Below are positions 7,478-15,178 of a stretch of DNA of 15,178 bases, piece by piece. The translations under genes were made by a program, and so were the position numbers. This DNA comes from Bdellovibrionota bacterium (lineage in GTDB: Bacteria > Bdellovibrionota_C > UBA2361 > OMII01). Position 1 is the first letter of the stretch, and each line of letters starts with the position of its first letter. The notes beneath the pieces are model-generated. The model was given only the letters and a program-made list of their open reading frames with translations, searched no databases and had not been told where the DNA came from. The DNA is taken from the NCBI GenBank assembly GCA_044356215.1, contig JBIKWQ010000077.1, positions 1 to 15,178 on the forward strand, written 5' to 3'.

Positions 7478-7955
7478 TATGAGTAGCACCCCGGACAGAA
7501 AGATACTAAGAGCGTTCTATACTCAGTATGTAGCGGTTCTACTAATCATTCTCGTGCTGATTATCGGCTCTTCCCGCGGGATGTTCCCGCGAGATCTGTC
7601 CGCGACTGGAGCAGTAAATTATGAACCAACACCAAAGCAGTTTGGAAGTATCTCTGTCGGGCGACTGTTTGAAACGGAACACTCCGCAAAAATAATCGAC
7701 ACCAGCCAGCTAGAGGCTATAGCTGAAACTCTGCGTAATCACGATATACGAGCGAAGCTGTTTCTTTCCTCCTCTAACCTCCTAGATAATAATCAAGCAT
7801 ACGCGCTTGAGCGCGCAAGCGCGGTTAGACAGTGGATGTTGTCTCAAAATCTCCCTTCCTCTGCATTCTCTGTAGTGCTTACCCAGCGGACAGGTAGCGA
7901 TCAAGGTGTCCTGGCGGTATTCGAGTCTATGGAGATAGCTGATGAAGTCAGTTAG
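7470..7955 (+). CDS. Degenerate MotB-like protein: TM helix without Asp plus OmpA-like domain remnant
   Basis: Overlaps the motA stop. TM FYTQYVAVLLIILVLII. OmpA-like pattern LFE..SA.I....LEAIAETL...N..YALERASAVRQWM; GHTD and NRRV motifs absent. Confidence 0.6.
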   Translation: MDNMSSTPDRKILRAFYTQYVAVLLIILVLIIGSSRGMFPRDLSATGAVNYEPTPKQFGSISVGRLFETEHSAKIIDTSQLEAIAETLRNHDIRAKLFLSSSNLLDNNQAYALERASAVRQWMLSQNLPSSAFSVVLTQRTGSDQGVLAVFESMEIADEVS

Positions 7956-8484
7956 CCGTAGAGTTACTACATCACCTCAGAGCGATGTGTGGTTTATAAG
8001 CCTTGGCGATCTTTTGACACTATTGGTTTGCTTCTTTCTAGTTTTGACGCCTCAGAACTTGTCACCACAAAGTAAAAGTCATTCCAAACAGGCGGTTAGC
8101 ACCCCAAGCGATCGATTAAAGGTAGTTGGCACCATGCTTGCTCCGGGTCCGATAGGGCAAAGTGTTGGTTCGTCACTTAATGTTCCGGTGTGGATAGATA
8201 CGGCGGAGTTTAGTGAGCGGCAAAATCCCGATCAGTTCAGCAAGGGCGTTGATTGGAAAGGGATGGTTAAGCAGGCTCTTTCAACCCAAGCCGCGGTGGT
8301 TGTTAAGTTGTGTGACGCGTCTCTGGAAAGGGCTTTTTTTGAAGCGGTTGTGCGGGAGTTGGGGGAAGATCGAAAGTCCGCCTCTCTATTGAGTTTTGAG
8401 GTCGGCGCCGATTGTAAAAGATGGAGCGCCAAAGAAGATGAGACGCGGCGATTAGTCGCGGTCCTAGATTTCGCGAAGAGCTAA
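7942..8484 (+). CDS. motB: MotB-like protein: canonical TM with conserved Asp, divergent periplasmic part
   Basis: WFISLGDLLTLLVCFFLVL matches the MotB W..(T/S)..D..TLL..FF helix; no recognisable GHTD or LS..RA peptidoglycan-binding motif. Confidence 0.7.
   Translation: MKSVSRRVTTSPQSDVWFISLGDLLTLLVCFFLVLTPQNLSPQSKSHSKQAVSTPSDRLKVVGTMLAPGPIGQSVGSSLNVPVWIDTAEFSERQNPDQFSKGVDWKGMVKQALSTQAAVVVKLCDASLERAFFEAVVRELGEDRKSASLLSFEVGADCKRWSAKEDETRRLVAVLDFAKS
8127..8142 (+). promoter_or_regulatory. Consensus sigma54 promoter inside the motB-like CDS, upstream of fliL
   Basis: TGGCACCATGCTTGCT = TGGCAC-N5-TTGCT; IHF-like AAACAGGCGGTTA at 8086-8098. Confidence 0.65.
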
Positions 8485-8492
8485 AGAGAATT

Positions 8493-9062
8493 ATGGCTGA
8501 TAAGTCAGAGAGTCCAAAAGAGATTGAGCATAAGCCGGATGGAAAGGCTCCATCGAGTAAGAAGAAGATTCTACTCATCGCTGGCATATCGTTAGTTACT
8601 TTAGGTGTCGGAGCCCCAGTTGGATACTTTCTCTTAAAGCCAGGAGAAGCCCCTGTAGAGCAGCAGCCACAGGTGGAGGAGGTCGTAGCTCAACCAGAAC
8701 CAGTTGAAGCTGACAAGAAGGAAGAGGGTGCTCATGAGGAGCTGGCGCTTCTTGAAGGAGAGGAGGCCATGGGGGCGATCGTCCCCTTTGATACCTTCTT
8801 AGTTAATCTAAGTGGTGGAAAATATCTTCGTCTGCAGCTTCAAGCTGAGATGGAAACACCGGATATTCCAAGACGCCTTTATTCGCGAATAGTTCCCATA
8901 AGAGACGGAATTATTACGATGCTTACCGAGAAGACAGCGGCTGATATCGAGAGTTCGCAGGGCAAAGAGGAGCTAAAAAAGACGATAAAAGTTTTCATCA
9001 ATGAACAGTTGAAGAGACAAGATGTACGCAGGATTTATTTCACGCAGTTTGTGATTCAGTAG
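8493..9062 (+). CDS. fliL: Flagellar basal body-associated protein FliL
   Basis: KKKILLI + TM, acidic linker, FLVNL, YLRLQL, IRDGII, GKEELK, IYFTQFVIQ. Confidence 0.95.
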   Translation: MADKSESPKEIEHKPDGKAPSSKKKILLIAGISLVTLGVGAPVGYFLLKPGEAPVEQQPQVEEVVAQPEPVEADKKEEGAHEELALLEGEEAMGAIVPFDTFLVNLSGGKYLRLQLQAEMETPDIPRRLYSRIVPIRDGIITMLTEKTAADIESSQGKEELKKTIKVFINEQLKRQDVRRIYFTQFVIQ

Positions 9063-9069
9063 GGTGATT

Positions 9070-10095
9070 ATGAACCAGGTGCTAAGCCAAGAGGAGATCA
9101 ACACGCTTCTGCGGGGACTCTCTGAGGGAGATATCGAGGACGGTTCGGTAGAGACCCAGGTTTCTCAGAACGTCAAACGCTTCGATCTCGCCAGCCAAGA
9201 GCGGATTATCCGCGGCCGCATGCCGACCCTTGAGTTGATTCATGAGCGCTTCGCTCGTCAGTTCCGCACTGGTTTGTCACGTTTCCTTGGGCGCACCTGC
9301 TTTACCAATGTAGGCGGGTTTGAGATGGTCAAATTCGGCTCCTTTATGAAGAAGTTGCCGCTTCCGTCATCTCTGCACATTGTTAAGATGTCCCCACTTA
9401 GTGGGCAATCATTAGTAGTCGTATCCGCGCCCCTTGTATTTGGAGTGATCGATGGACTCTTCGGTGGTCGTGGTCAGGGTAGAGTTAAAGTTGAAGGTCG
9501 CGAGTACACTCCGATTGAGAGTCGGTTGATCGGAAAGGTTGTGATGATCGCTCTTGATATGCTTCGAGAAGCTTGGTCGCCAGTATATCCTATAAACTTC
9601 GAGTACTTGCGCGCTGAGGTTAATCCATTCGCCATTACAATCGCGCCCCCCTCGGATGTAGTGATAGTAGTGAATATCGAGATCGAGCTAGAGCAAGAGT
9701 GCACAACGCTGACTATATGCATGCCTTACTCGACCTTGGAGCCATTACGCTCGAAGCTATCGACCAGTATCCAAAGTACGCGTTTAGAGGTGGACGGCAG
9801 TTTAATTAAACGTATGCAGGGTAATGTTCTTCAGACACCGTGTTCTTTGAGTGTGCAGCTAGCTCGCGGGGCGATTAAAACGCGCGATTTTCTGGCGCTA
9901 AAACCTGGCGATGTGATGACGTTAGATACAAATCCTACAGAGCCCGCGCGCATATTAGTTGAGGGCGTACCTAAATTTTACGGAAGTGTTGGAAGTCTGC
10001 GAGGTAATCGAGCAGTTCGGATATCTCGTGACATCTCAAGGAGTGACCTGATTAATATCAGAAATAGAGAGGAGTTCATTTACAATGGCAGATAG
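9070..10095 (+). CDS. fliM: Flagellar motor switch protein FliM
   Basis: VLSQEEINTLL CheY-binding peptide, RGRMPTLELIHERFAR, LFGGRG, REYTPIE, C-terminal SpoA domain. Confidence 0.97.
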   Translation: MNQVLSQEEINTLLRGLSEGDIEDGSVETQVSQNVKRFDLASQERIIRGRMPTLELIHERFARQFRTGLSRFLGRTCFTNVGGFEMVKFGSFMKKLPLPSSLHIVKMSPLSGQSLVVVSAPLVFGVIDGLFGGRGQGRVKVEGREYTPIESRLIGKVVMIALDMLREAWSPVYPINFEYLRAEVNPFAITIAPPSDVVIVVNIEIELEQECTTLTICMPYSTLEPLRSKLSTSIQSTRLEVDGSLIKRMQGNVLQTPCSLSVQLARGAIKTRDFLALKPGDVMTLDTNPTEPARILVEGVPKFYGSVGSLRGNRAVRISRDISRSDLINIRNREEFIYNGR

Positions 10096-10498
10096 TGATG
10101 TTGAGCAAGGATTAGAGGATCTAGCTAAGGCTGCGACCGACGTAGCGGCGGCGGCTAGCGCGGCGGCGGCAGCCACGGAGGATGGCGCGACACAGGTTAA
10201 TTCCGAGGCTGGGCCGGCTCCTAAGAAGCAGATCGGCCGAAATCTTGAGTTTATACTCGATGTGGCCTTGCAAGTGACTGTTGAAGTTGGGCGGACACGT
10301 ATGACTATTCAAGACCTATTGAGGCTCGGACAGGGATCAGTAGTTGAGCTTGAGAAGTTGGCCGGTGAACCACTCGATATCTTCATAAACGGCAAAGCTG
10401 TAGCGCGGGGAGAGGCCGTTATCGTTAACGACAAATTCGGAGTCAGACTTACAGACATCATATCACCTGAAGACCGGATCGAAGGATTGGAAGGGTAG
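10085..10498 (+). CDS. fliN: Flagellar motor switch protein FliN
   Basis: ILDVALQVTVEVGRT, LGQGSVVELEKLAGEPLDIFING, GEAVIVNDKFGVRLTDI. Confidence 0.97.
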   Translation: MADSDVEQGLEDLAKAATDVAAAASAAAAATEDGATQVNSEAGPAPKKQIGRNLEFILDVALQVTVEVGRTRMTIQDLLRLGQGSVVELEKLAGEPLDIFINGKAVARGEAVIVNDKFGVRLTDIISPEDRIEGLEG

Positions 10499-10503
10499 TT
10501 TTT

Positions 10504-10968
10504 ATGGTAGTTAGTTGTTCGTCCGTTATAAGTCGATTTCTCTCGTGTGCGGTCCTGATTGCCTCTGTAATGAGCGAGGCCGCGGCGGATATAGGTAGTA
10601 GTGAAGCAATCTCAAAGGCGCAAACACAGGCCATTACGCCTGTATTAGGAGCAAGTATGCTCAGTTCGAGCCTCAAGATGGTTGGGGCGCTCTTCTTCTG
10701 TCTGGGTATTTTCGCGGTAGGAGTGAAGCTGGCGCGTAGGTTCGCGCCAACTCCGATGACTTCACGAAGACGTAGGTTAGAGATCCGCGAGAAAATATCG
10801 CTAAATTCGAAGTCGGCGATCTTTCTAATCGCGGTTGATAATCGAGAGTACTTAGTTACAAGCGGCTCTGAGCATACAAGTATTCAGCCGGCGCATTCGA
10901 TCACCACGCCTATATTCTCAGAGTCACTTGATGAACTTTGCGATGAATCTGGAGAGGCTCATGTATAG
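10504..10968 (+). CDS. fliO: Flagellar biogenesis protein FliO/FliZ
   Basis: Lies between fliN and fliP; TM followed by LEIREKISLNSKSAIFLIAVDNREYLV beta-rich motif. Confidence 0.8.
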   Translation: MVVSCSSVISRFLSCAVLIASVMSEAAADIGSSEAISKAQTQAITPVLGASMLSSSLKMVGALFFCLGIFAVGVKLARRFAPTPMTSRRRRLEIREKISLNSKSAIFLIAVDNREYLVTSGSEHTSIQPAHSITTPIFSESLDELCDESGEAHV

Positions 10969-11749
10969 CCCTCGAATCCCAATCTCCGTCAAATTAGTAA
11001 GCTTAGCGGCGATTCTCTCCATGCTATCTGTGCCTTTAGCGTCTTCCGCTAGCGCCCAGCAGGCTGTATTGCCGGATCTCTCAATTTCAGTTGGGGGAAG
11101 TGAGTTGGCCAACACTGGAGGGGTAACAAGTAGCTTAAAGATTCTACTTTTACTCACCGCGCTGACATTCGCTCCGGCGATGATCCTCTGTATGACCTGC
11201 TTTACCCGTATAGCTGTGGTTCTTGGAATGACCAGAACAGCGATTGGCACTACATCACTGCCACCTAATATGGTTGTTACCGGTTTGGCCTTGTTTCTAA
11301 CGATAGCGATTATGAACCCTGTATTTCAGAAGTGCTATGACCAGGGAGTTAAACCTTTTATGGAAGGTCAAATGGATCAGGCTCAGGCGCTTCAGAAAGC
11401 GTCCGCGCCGTTGAAGGAGTTCTTAGTTAAGCATGCTCGCGAGAAGGACTTAGCGCTATTCTTGCAGATTACTCGCACTGAGTTTCCTAAAGATCCGGCG
11501 GACGTTCCATTTTTTGTCGCTGTTCCTGGCTTCGTTCTTAGTGAGCTTAATACGGCATTTCAGATCGGATTCCTAATAGCTCTTCCATTTCTTGTCTTAG
11601 ACATGGTGGTCTCATCTGTATTGACCTCGATGAGTATGATCACGCTGCCACCAGTTGTAATCTCATTGCCTTTGAAACTTATGTTGTTTGTGTTGGTGGA
11701 TGGCTGGCACTTAATAATTAGCTCACTAGTGAAGACTTATCAGGTTTAG
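10961..11749 (+). CDS. fliP: Flagellar export gate protein FliP
   Basis: LLLLTALTFAP, TCFTRI, PPN, GLALFLT, SEL.TAFQIGF, LPLKLMLFVLVDGW. ATG at 10961 follows GGAGAGG. Confidence 0.96.
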   Translation: MYSPRIPISVKLVSLAAILSMLSVPLASSASAQQAVLPDLSISVGGSELANTGGVTSSLKILLLLTALTFAPAMILCMTCFTRIAVVLGMTRTAIGTTSLPPNMVVTGLALFLTIAIMNPVFQKCYDQGVKPFMEGQMDQAQALQKASAPLKEFLVKHAREKDLALFLQITRTEFPKDPADVPFFVAVPGFVLSELNTAFQIGFLIALPFLVLDMVVSSVLTSMSMITLPPVVISLPLKLMLFVLVDGWHLIISSLVKTYQV

Positions 11750-11767
11750 CGACCGATCGAGGTGATT

Positions 11768-12040
11768 ATGGGAATAGATGATTTTTTAAGGCTTGGCCAG
11801 ATCAGCATTGAGACCGCTATATACACATGTGCGCCGATACTCATGTTTGGTTTGGTAGCGGGTTTACTTGTAAGTATATTTCAGGCGGCAACTCAGATCA
11901 GTGATCCTGCGCTGGCTTTTATCCCTAAGATTGGGGCAGCGGTTGTTGGGATGTTATTGTTCGGGAATTTTATGATTAATCGCCTGGTTTCCTTTACAGT
12001 ACATGTGATGAGTCAGATCGCCACTGTCGGTGTTCACTGA
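11768..12040 (+). CDS. fliQ: Flagellar export gate protein FliQ
   Basis: GLLVSIFQAATQI...LAFIPKI; about 90 aa; between fliP and fliR. Confidence 0.95.
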   Translation: MGIDDFLRLGQISIETAIYTCAPILMFGLVAGLLVSIFQAATQISDPALAFIPKIGAAVVGMLLFGNFMINRLVSFTVHVMSQIATVGVH

Positions 12041-12078
12041 TCGAGTCGCCCTAGCGTTGTTGCCTGAGTGTAATTTGA

Positions 12079-12870
12079 ATGGATATTAATCAATTACAAC
12101 AGCTGGCTGAGAATCTACTAACCCGCCTGGATTACGCTTGGACATTTCTCCTATTATCGATGCGTTTCATGGTATTTTTTCTCCTCATCCCCGGAGTGGG
12201 AGGGGGATTTATGGGAATCGCTCTTAGGTATCCTGCTATTCTCCTGATGGCGCTAGTGTCCGTCAATCCGGCGGCGCTAGCTGCTGTTCCATCAAACGCC
12301 GCGCTGATGGTCGCTCAGATGGCATGCGAGGTCTGCCTCGGAGCCGCTATAGCGCTTATACCTCTAATGGTTATTTCAGGTGCCCAGGTCGCTGGACACA
12401 TGGCGAGTGGGACGATGGGACTTAATGGAGCACAGCTATTTGACCCTACAAGCCAAGCCCCCTTATCGGATCTCTCACGGTTCTATAGTGATTTAGCGGT
12501 CCTCATATTTCTATTAATCGGTGGCCATTACGTGGCGATCGCTGAGTTAGCTGGGCTTGGAGGAAAGATTACTCCAGGAGCTTTTGTCCTGTCAGACATA
12601 GGACTGAATACACTTATTGACCAAAGTGCTCGGATATTTCAGGTGGGCTGCCTGATCGCAGCTCCTGTAATAGTTGCTTTGCTACTTACCAACTTTGTCA
12701 TGGGCATAATATCCAAAGCTATTCCTACTCTGAATATATTCGTCGTTAGCTTCCCGCTAACGATCGGGGTAGGTTTCGTGATCTCTATCTTAGCGCTTCC
12801 AGAGGTAGCGTTGTTATTACAGCGGGAGATGCTTGGGATACCGGATGTAATTAGGACGCTGCTTAGGTAG
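12079..12870 (+). CDS. fliR: Flagellar export gate protein FliR
   Basis: Hydrophobic 263 aa; EVCLG, AG...MGL....FDP, FLLIGGH, IAAP, P.LNIFVVSFP. Confidence 0.92.
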   Translation: MDINQLQQLAENLLTRLDYAWTFLLLSMRFMVFFLLIPGVGGGFMGIALRYPAILLMALVSVNPAALAAVPSNAALMVAQMACEVCLGAAIALIPLMVISGAQVAGHMASGTMGLNGAQLFDPTSQAPLSDLSRFYSDLAVLIFLLIGGHYVAIAELAGLGGKITPGAFVLSDIGLNTLIDQSARIFQVGCLIAAPVIVALLLTNFVMGIISKAIPTLNIFVVSFPLTIGVGFVISILALPEVALLLQREMLGIPDVIRTLLR

Positions 12871-12884
12871 ATAAAAGAGTTCGC

Positions 12885-12915
12885 GCCAAATATCCGACAT
12901 CGCCCTTACCTTGAC
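12885..12915. promoter_or_regulatory. Candidate enhancer boxes upstream of the flhB promoter
   Basis: GCCAAATATCCGAC (12885-12898) and GCCCTTACCTTGAC (12902-12915), the same GYC-N8-GAC form as upstream of motA. Confidence 0.5.
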
Positions 12916-12957
12916 GCACTAGCCCCTGATAACAAACTGAATACAGGCCCGATTGCC

Positions 12958-12973
12958 AGGCATGAGCATTGCA
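12958..12973 (+). promoter_or_regulatory. sigma54 -24/-12 promoter upstream of flhB-flhA
   Basis: AGGCATGAGCATTGCA (GG-N10-GC, ending TTGCA) in the fliR-flhB gap; reverse-strand IHF-like site at 12930-12942. Confidence 0.7.
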
Positions 12974-13075
12974 AGTAGCTCCTGAGCGAGGAACTCCAAA
13001 GGTTACAGGTGTGGCCTCGACACAGATTGTCGTGCCGGCAAGAAGCTAGCGCGGAGTTTTTGATTAGGTTTGTTG

Positions 13076-14170
13076 ATGGCAAAGGACTCCCTCCCGGAAC
13101 AGCGCACTGAGATGCCGACTGACCGTCGGCTCCAGGAGATTCGCAAAGAGGGAGCGATGTTTCATTCCGCGGATCTTGAGCACGTCTTTGTTTTGGTGAC
13201 GGGATTCCTGGCGGTAAGCTTCTCGTGGAATCTCCTCTATTTCGACATCCGCCACATGATGACGCGATCTTTCAAGATGATCGCCGAGCGCAGGGAGCTA
13301 GCGGCTAACGATCTGATCGAAGGTTTTCTCCGCATGACTATTTTGCTACTCCCTGACCTTATGATCGTGACAGGGTGCGTCGCTCTGATCGCCTCCTTGA
13401 GCGTTTTAACGCAAACCGGTTGGAGTAAACGGGACAAATGGATCAAGTTTAGGTGGGACTTTATTAATCCGATTAAGGGGATTCAACGAGTACTATCGGT
13501 CTACGGCCTAGTCAACCTGATTAAAGCCATAGTCAAAATGGTCTTAGTTCTTCCGATAGGATATTGGGCTCTTAAAGGATTTGCTCCGGAATTAGTCAGG
13601 TTAGTTCATATGTCGCTGCACGACGTACTGGCGACGACCGGAGCGGCCATGCGGTCGGTCTTCTGGAAGATTATCTATGTATTGTTCGCGCTGGCTCTGC
13701 TCGATATGGCCTGGGGGCGTTTTCAGTGGCTCCGTAAAAACAAGATGACCAAGGAAGAGGTTAAAGACGAGCGTAAATCAGTTGAGGGAGACGAGTCGAT
13801 GCGCCGTAAGATGATCGCTAAAGGTCAACAACGACTTGTTAATAAACTTAAATCCAGTGTTCCAAAAGCCGACGTAATTATAACCAACCCAACCCATTAC
13901 GCGATCGCACTTAAGTACGACCGCGATAGATTCGCCGCTCCGATTGTCGTTGCTAAAGGCGCGGATTTTATGGCTATGAGAATTCGAGAGATCGCGAAAG
14001 AGCATTCGATTCCAATAGTGGAGCGTAAGGCGCTAGCGCGTGCGCTTTTCTCCTCGACAGAAGTCGGTAGCGAGATTCCGAGAGAGTTGTTTAGAGCGGT
14101 AGCCGAGGTACTGGCTTATGTGTACCGATTAAAACGCGGCAGGACGGCTCGTCCCAGCGCGAGTAATTAA
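13076..14170 (+). CDS. flhB: Flagellar export protein FlhB
   Basis: RTEMPT.RR, INPIKG, KMTKEEVKDERKSVEGD, intact NPTH autocleavage site, APIVVAKG, AVAEVLAYVY. Confidence 0.97.
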   Translation: MAKDSLPEQRTEMPTDRRLQEIRKEGAMFHSADLEHVFVLVTGFLAVSFSWNLLYFDIRHMMTRSFKMIAERRELAANDLIEGFLRMTILLLPDLMIVTGCVALIASLSVLTQTGWSKRDKWIKFRWDFINPIKGIQRVLSVYGLVNLIKAIVKMVLVLPIGYWALKGFAPELVRLVHMSLHDVLATTGAAMRSVFWKIIYVLFALALLDMAWGRFQWLRKNKMTKEEVKDERKSVEGDESMRRKMIAKGQQRLVNKLKSSVPKADVIITNPTHYAIALKYDRDRFAAPIVVAKGADFMAMRIREIAKEHSIPIVERKALARALFSSTEVGSEIPRELFRAVAEVLAYVYRLKRGRTARPSASN

Positions 14171-14199
14171 GAAAGGCTAGCTAAAAGGTAGGGCTTACG

Positions 14200-15178
14200 A
14201 TGGCGGCGGTGGCGAGTGGTATTAAGGCAAAGATAGGTAGCGCGCAGGGTTTGTTCATTCCGGTCGCGCTAGTATGTGTACTGGCGATCTTGATCTTCCC
14301 GTTACCAACAGCTCTTTTAGATGTTTGCATAGCCATCAACATCGTCATTTCGCTTATCATTCTCTTTACTTCCCTCTATATAGATCGCCCGTTAATGTTC
14401 TCGTCTTTTCCGGCGATCCTCCTGGTAACTACACTCTTTCGCCTTTCGATGAACGTAGCCTCGACTCGATTAATCCTTCTCAATGGAAGCTCAGGAATGG
14501 ACGCGGCCGGCCATGTGATTCAGGCATTCGGTCAGTTCGTAGTTGGCGGCAACTACATTATCGGAGTGGTGATGTTTATTTGTATTAACCTGGTTAACCT
14601 AAAGGTACTAACCAAGGGTTCCTCGCGTATAGCTGAGGTGGCGGCTCGTTTCACATTGGACGCGATGCCTGGAAAACAGATGGCGATCGATTCAGATCTG
14701 AATATCGGTCTGATAACTGATAAAGAGGCCCGCCAGCGTCGTAAAGAGCTGACCCAGGAGGCTGAATTCTACGGGGCGATGGATGGAGCGGCGAAATTTG
14801 TGGCGGGGGACGCGGTGGCGGCTCTGTTTCTTGTCGCGATAAACGTCGTTGGCGGGCTGTTAATCGGAATAGTTCAGCACGATATGGATTTCAGAGCGGC
14901 CGCGCAGACTTACACAATACTAACTATCGGAGAGGGGCTGGTGGCGCAGCTGCCGTCGATCATCATATCAGCCGCATCAGGATTGATCGTAGCTAGAGCG
15001 GCGTCAGGCGATGATCTCGGAAGTGAGGTTTTAGGTCAGCTTGGACAGAGCGCGAGGCCGTTATTATTAACATCCGCCGTTTCTATGGCTCTAGCGCTCC
15101 TGCCGGGTCTTCCATTTGTTCCTTTCACATTGTTAGCTGGCGCGACTGGAACTCTTGGCTTCATGAAACGCAAAGCCG
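14200..15178 (+). CDS. flhA: Flagellar export protein FlhA, N-terminal part (runs off the window; absent from the ORF track)
   Basis: Manual translation from ATG 14200: FSSFPAILLVTTLFRLSMNVASTRLIL, AGHVIQAFGQFVVGGN, RIAEVAARFTLDAMPGKQMAIDSDL, EAEFYGAMDGAAKFV. Confidence 0.97.
   Translation, partial: MAAVASGIKAKIGSAQGLFIPVALVCVLAILIFPLPTALLDVCIAINIVISLIILFTSLYIDRPLMFSSFPAILLVTTLFRLSMNVASTRLILLNGSSGMDAAGHVIQAFGQFVVGGNYIIGVVMFICINLVNLKVLTKGSSRIAEVAARFTLDAMPGKQMAIDSDLNIGLITDKEARQRRKELTQEAEFYGAMDGAAKFVAGDAVAALFLVAINVVGGLLIGIVQHDMDFRAAAQTYTILTIGEGLVAQLPSIIISAASGLIVARAASGDDLGSEVLGQLGQSARPLLLTSAVSMALALLPGLPFVPFTLLAGATGTLGFMKRKA

Noticed and set aside
7470..8484. A single motB broken by a frameshift
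   Set aside because: Each ORF has its own N-terminal TM helix, and the OmpA-like part comes before the Asp helix, the reverse of what a broken motB would give
8582..8596. TGGCATATCGTTAGT in fliL, and TGGCAC hits in fliP, as sigma54 promoters
   Set aside because: They lack the -12 GC at the required spacing
10121..10175. GCG-rich repeat in fliN
   Set aside because: Encodes an ordinary low-complexity Ala-rich linker
630..14588. Short alternative-frame and antisense ORFs in the track (e.g. 630-1040, 3730-3993, 5338-5655, 10924-11250, 14274-14588)
   Set aside because: They overlap well-supported genes and show no recognisable motifs; 14274-14588 is an off-frame shadow of flhA
10961..15178. Non-flagellar injectisome T3SS
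   Set aside because: The motA, fliL, fliM and fliO context and the FliP signal-peptide-like N-terminus indicate flagellar origin

Overview
Bacterial genomic window in two parts. The right part (6647 to the end) is a flagellar motor/export cluster: motA, two divergent motB-like ORFs, fliL, fliM, fliN, fliO, fliP, fliQ, fliR, flhB and a 5' fragment of flhA. This gene order is reminiscent of deltaproteobacteria-like lineages (inference). The left part starts with a repeat-rich non-coding stretch, followed by an 881-aa BREX PglX/BrxX-like N6-adenine DNA methyltransferase with no BREX partners in view, rsmE, a lone cpaB-like gene, an S66 LD-carboxypeptidase (- strand) and a DUF1579-like exported protein. 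Most notable: (i) the stator B subunit appears split between two ORFs, one keeping the proton-conducting Asp and the other a degenerate OmpA-like domain; (ii) export-gate residues I recall as highly conserved are substituted (FliP M-gate, FliP/FliR glutamines, FlhA charged residues); (iii) three sigma54 promoter modules with candidate enhancer and IHF sites, one inside a CDS; (iv) tandem GGAU-loop hairpins in the motA leader; (v) a truncated orphan PglX-like MTase. All family assignments come from motif recognition by eye, not database searches.
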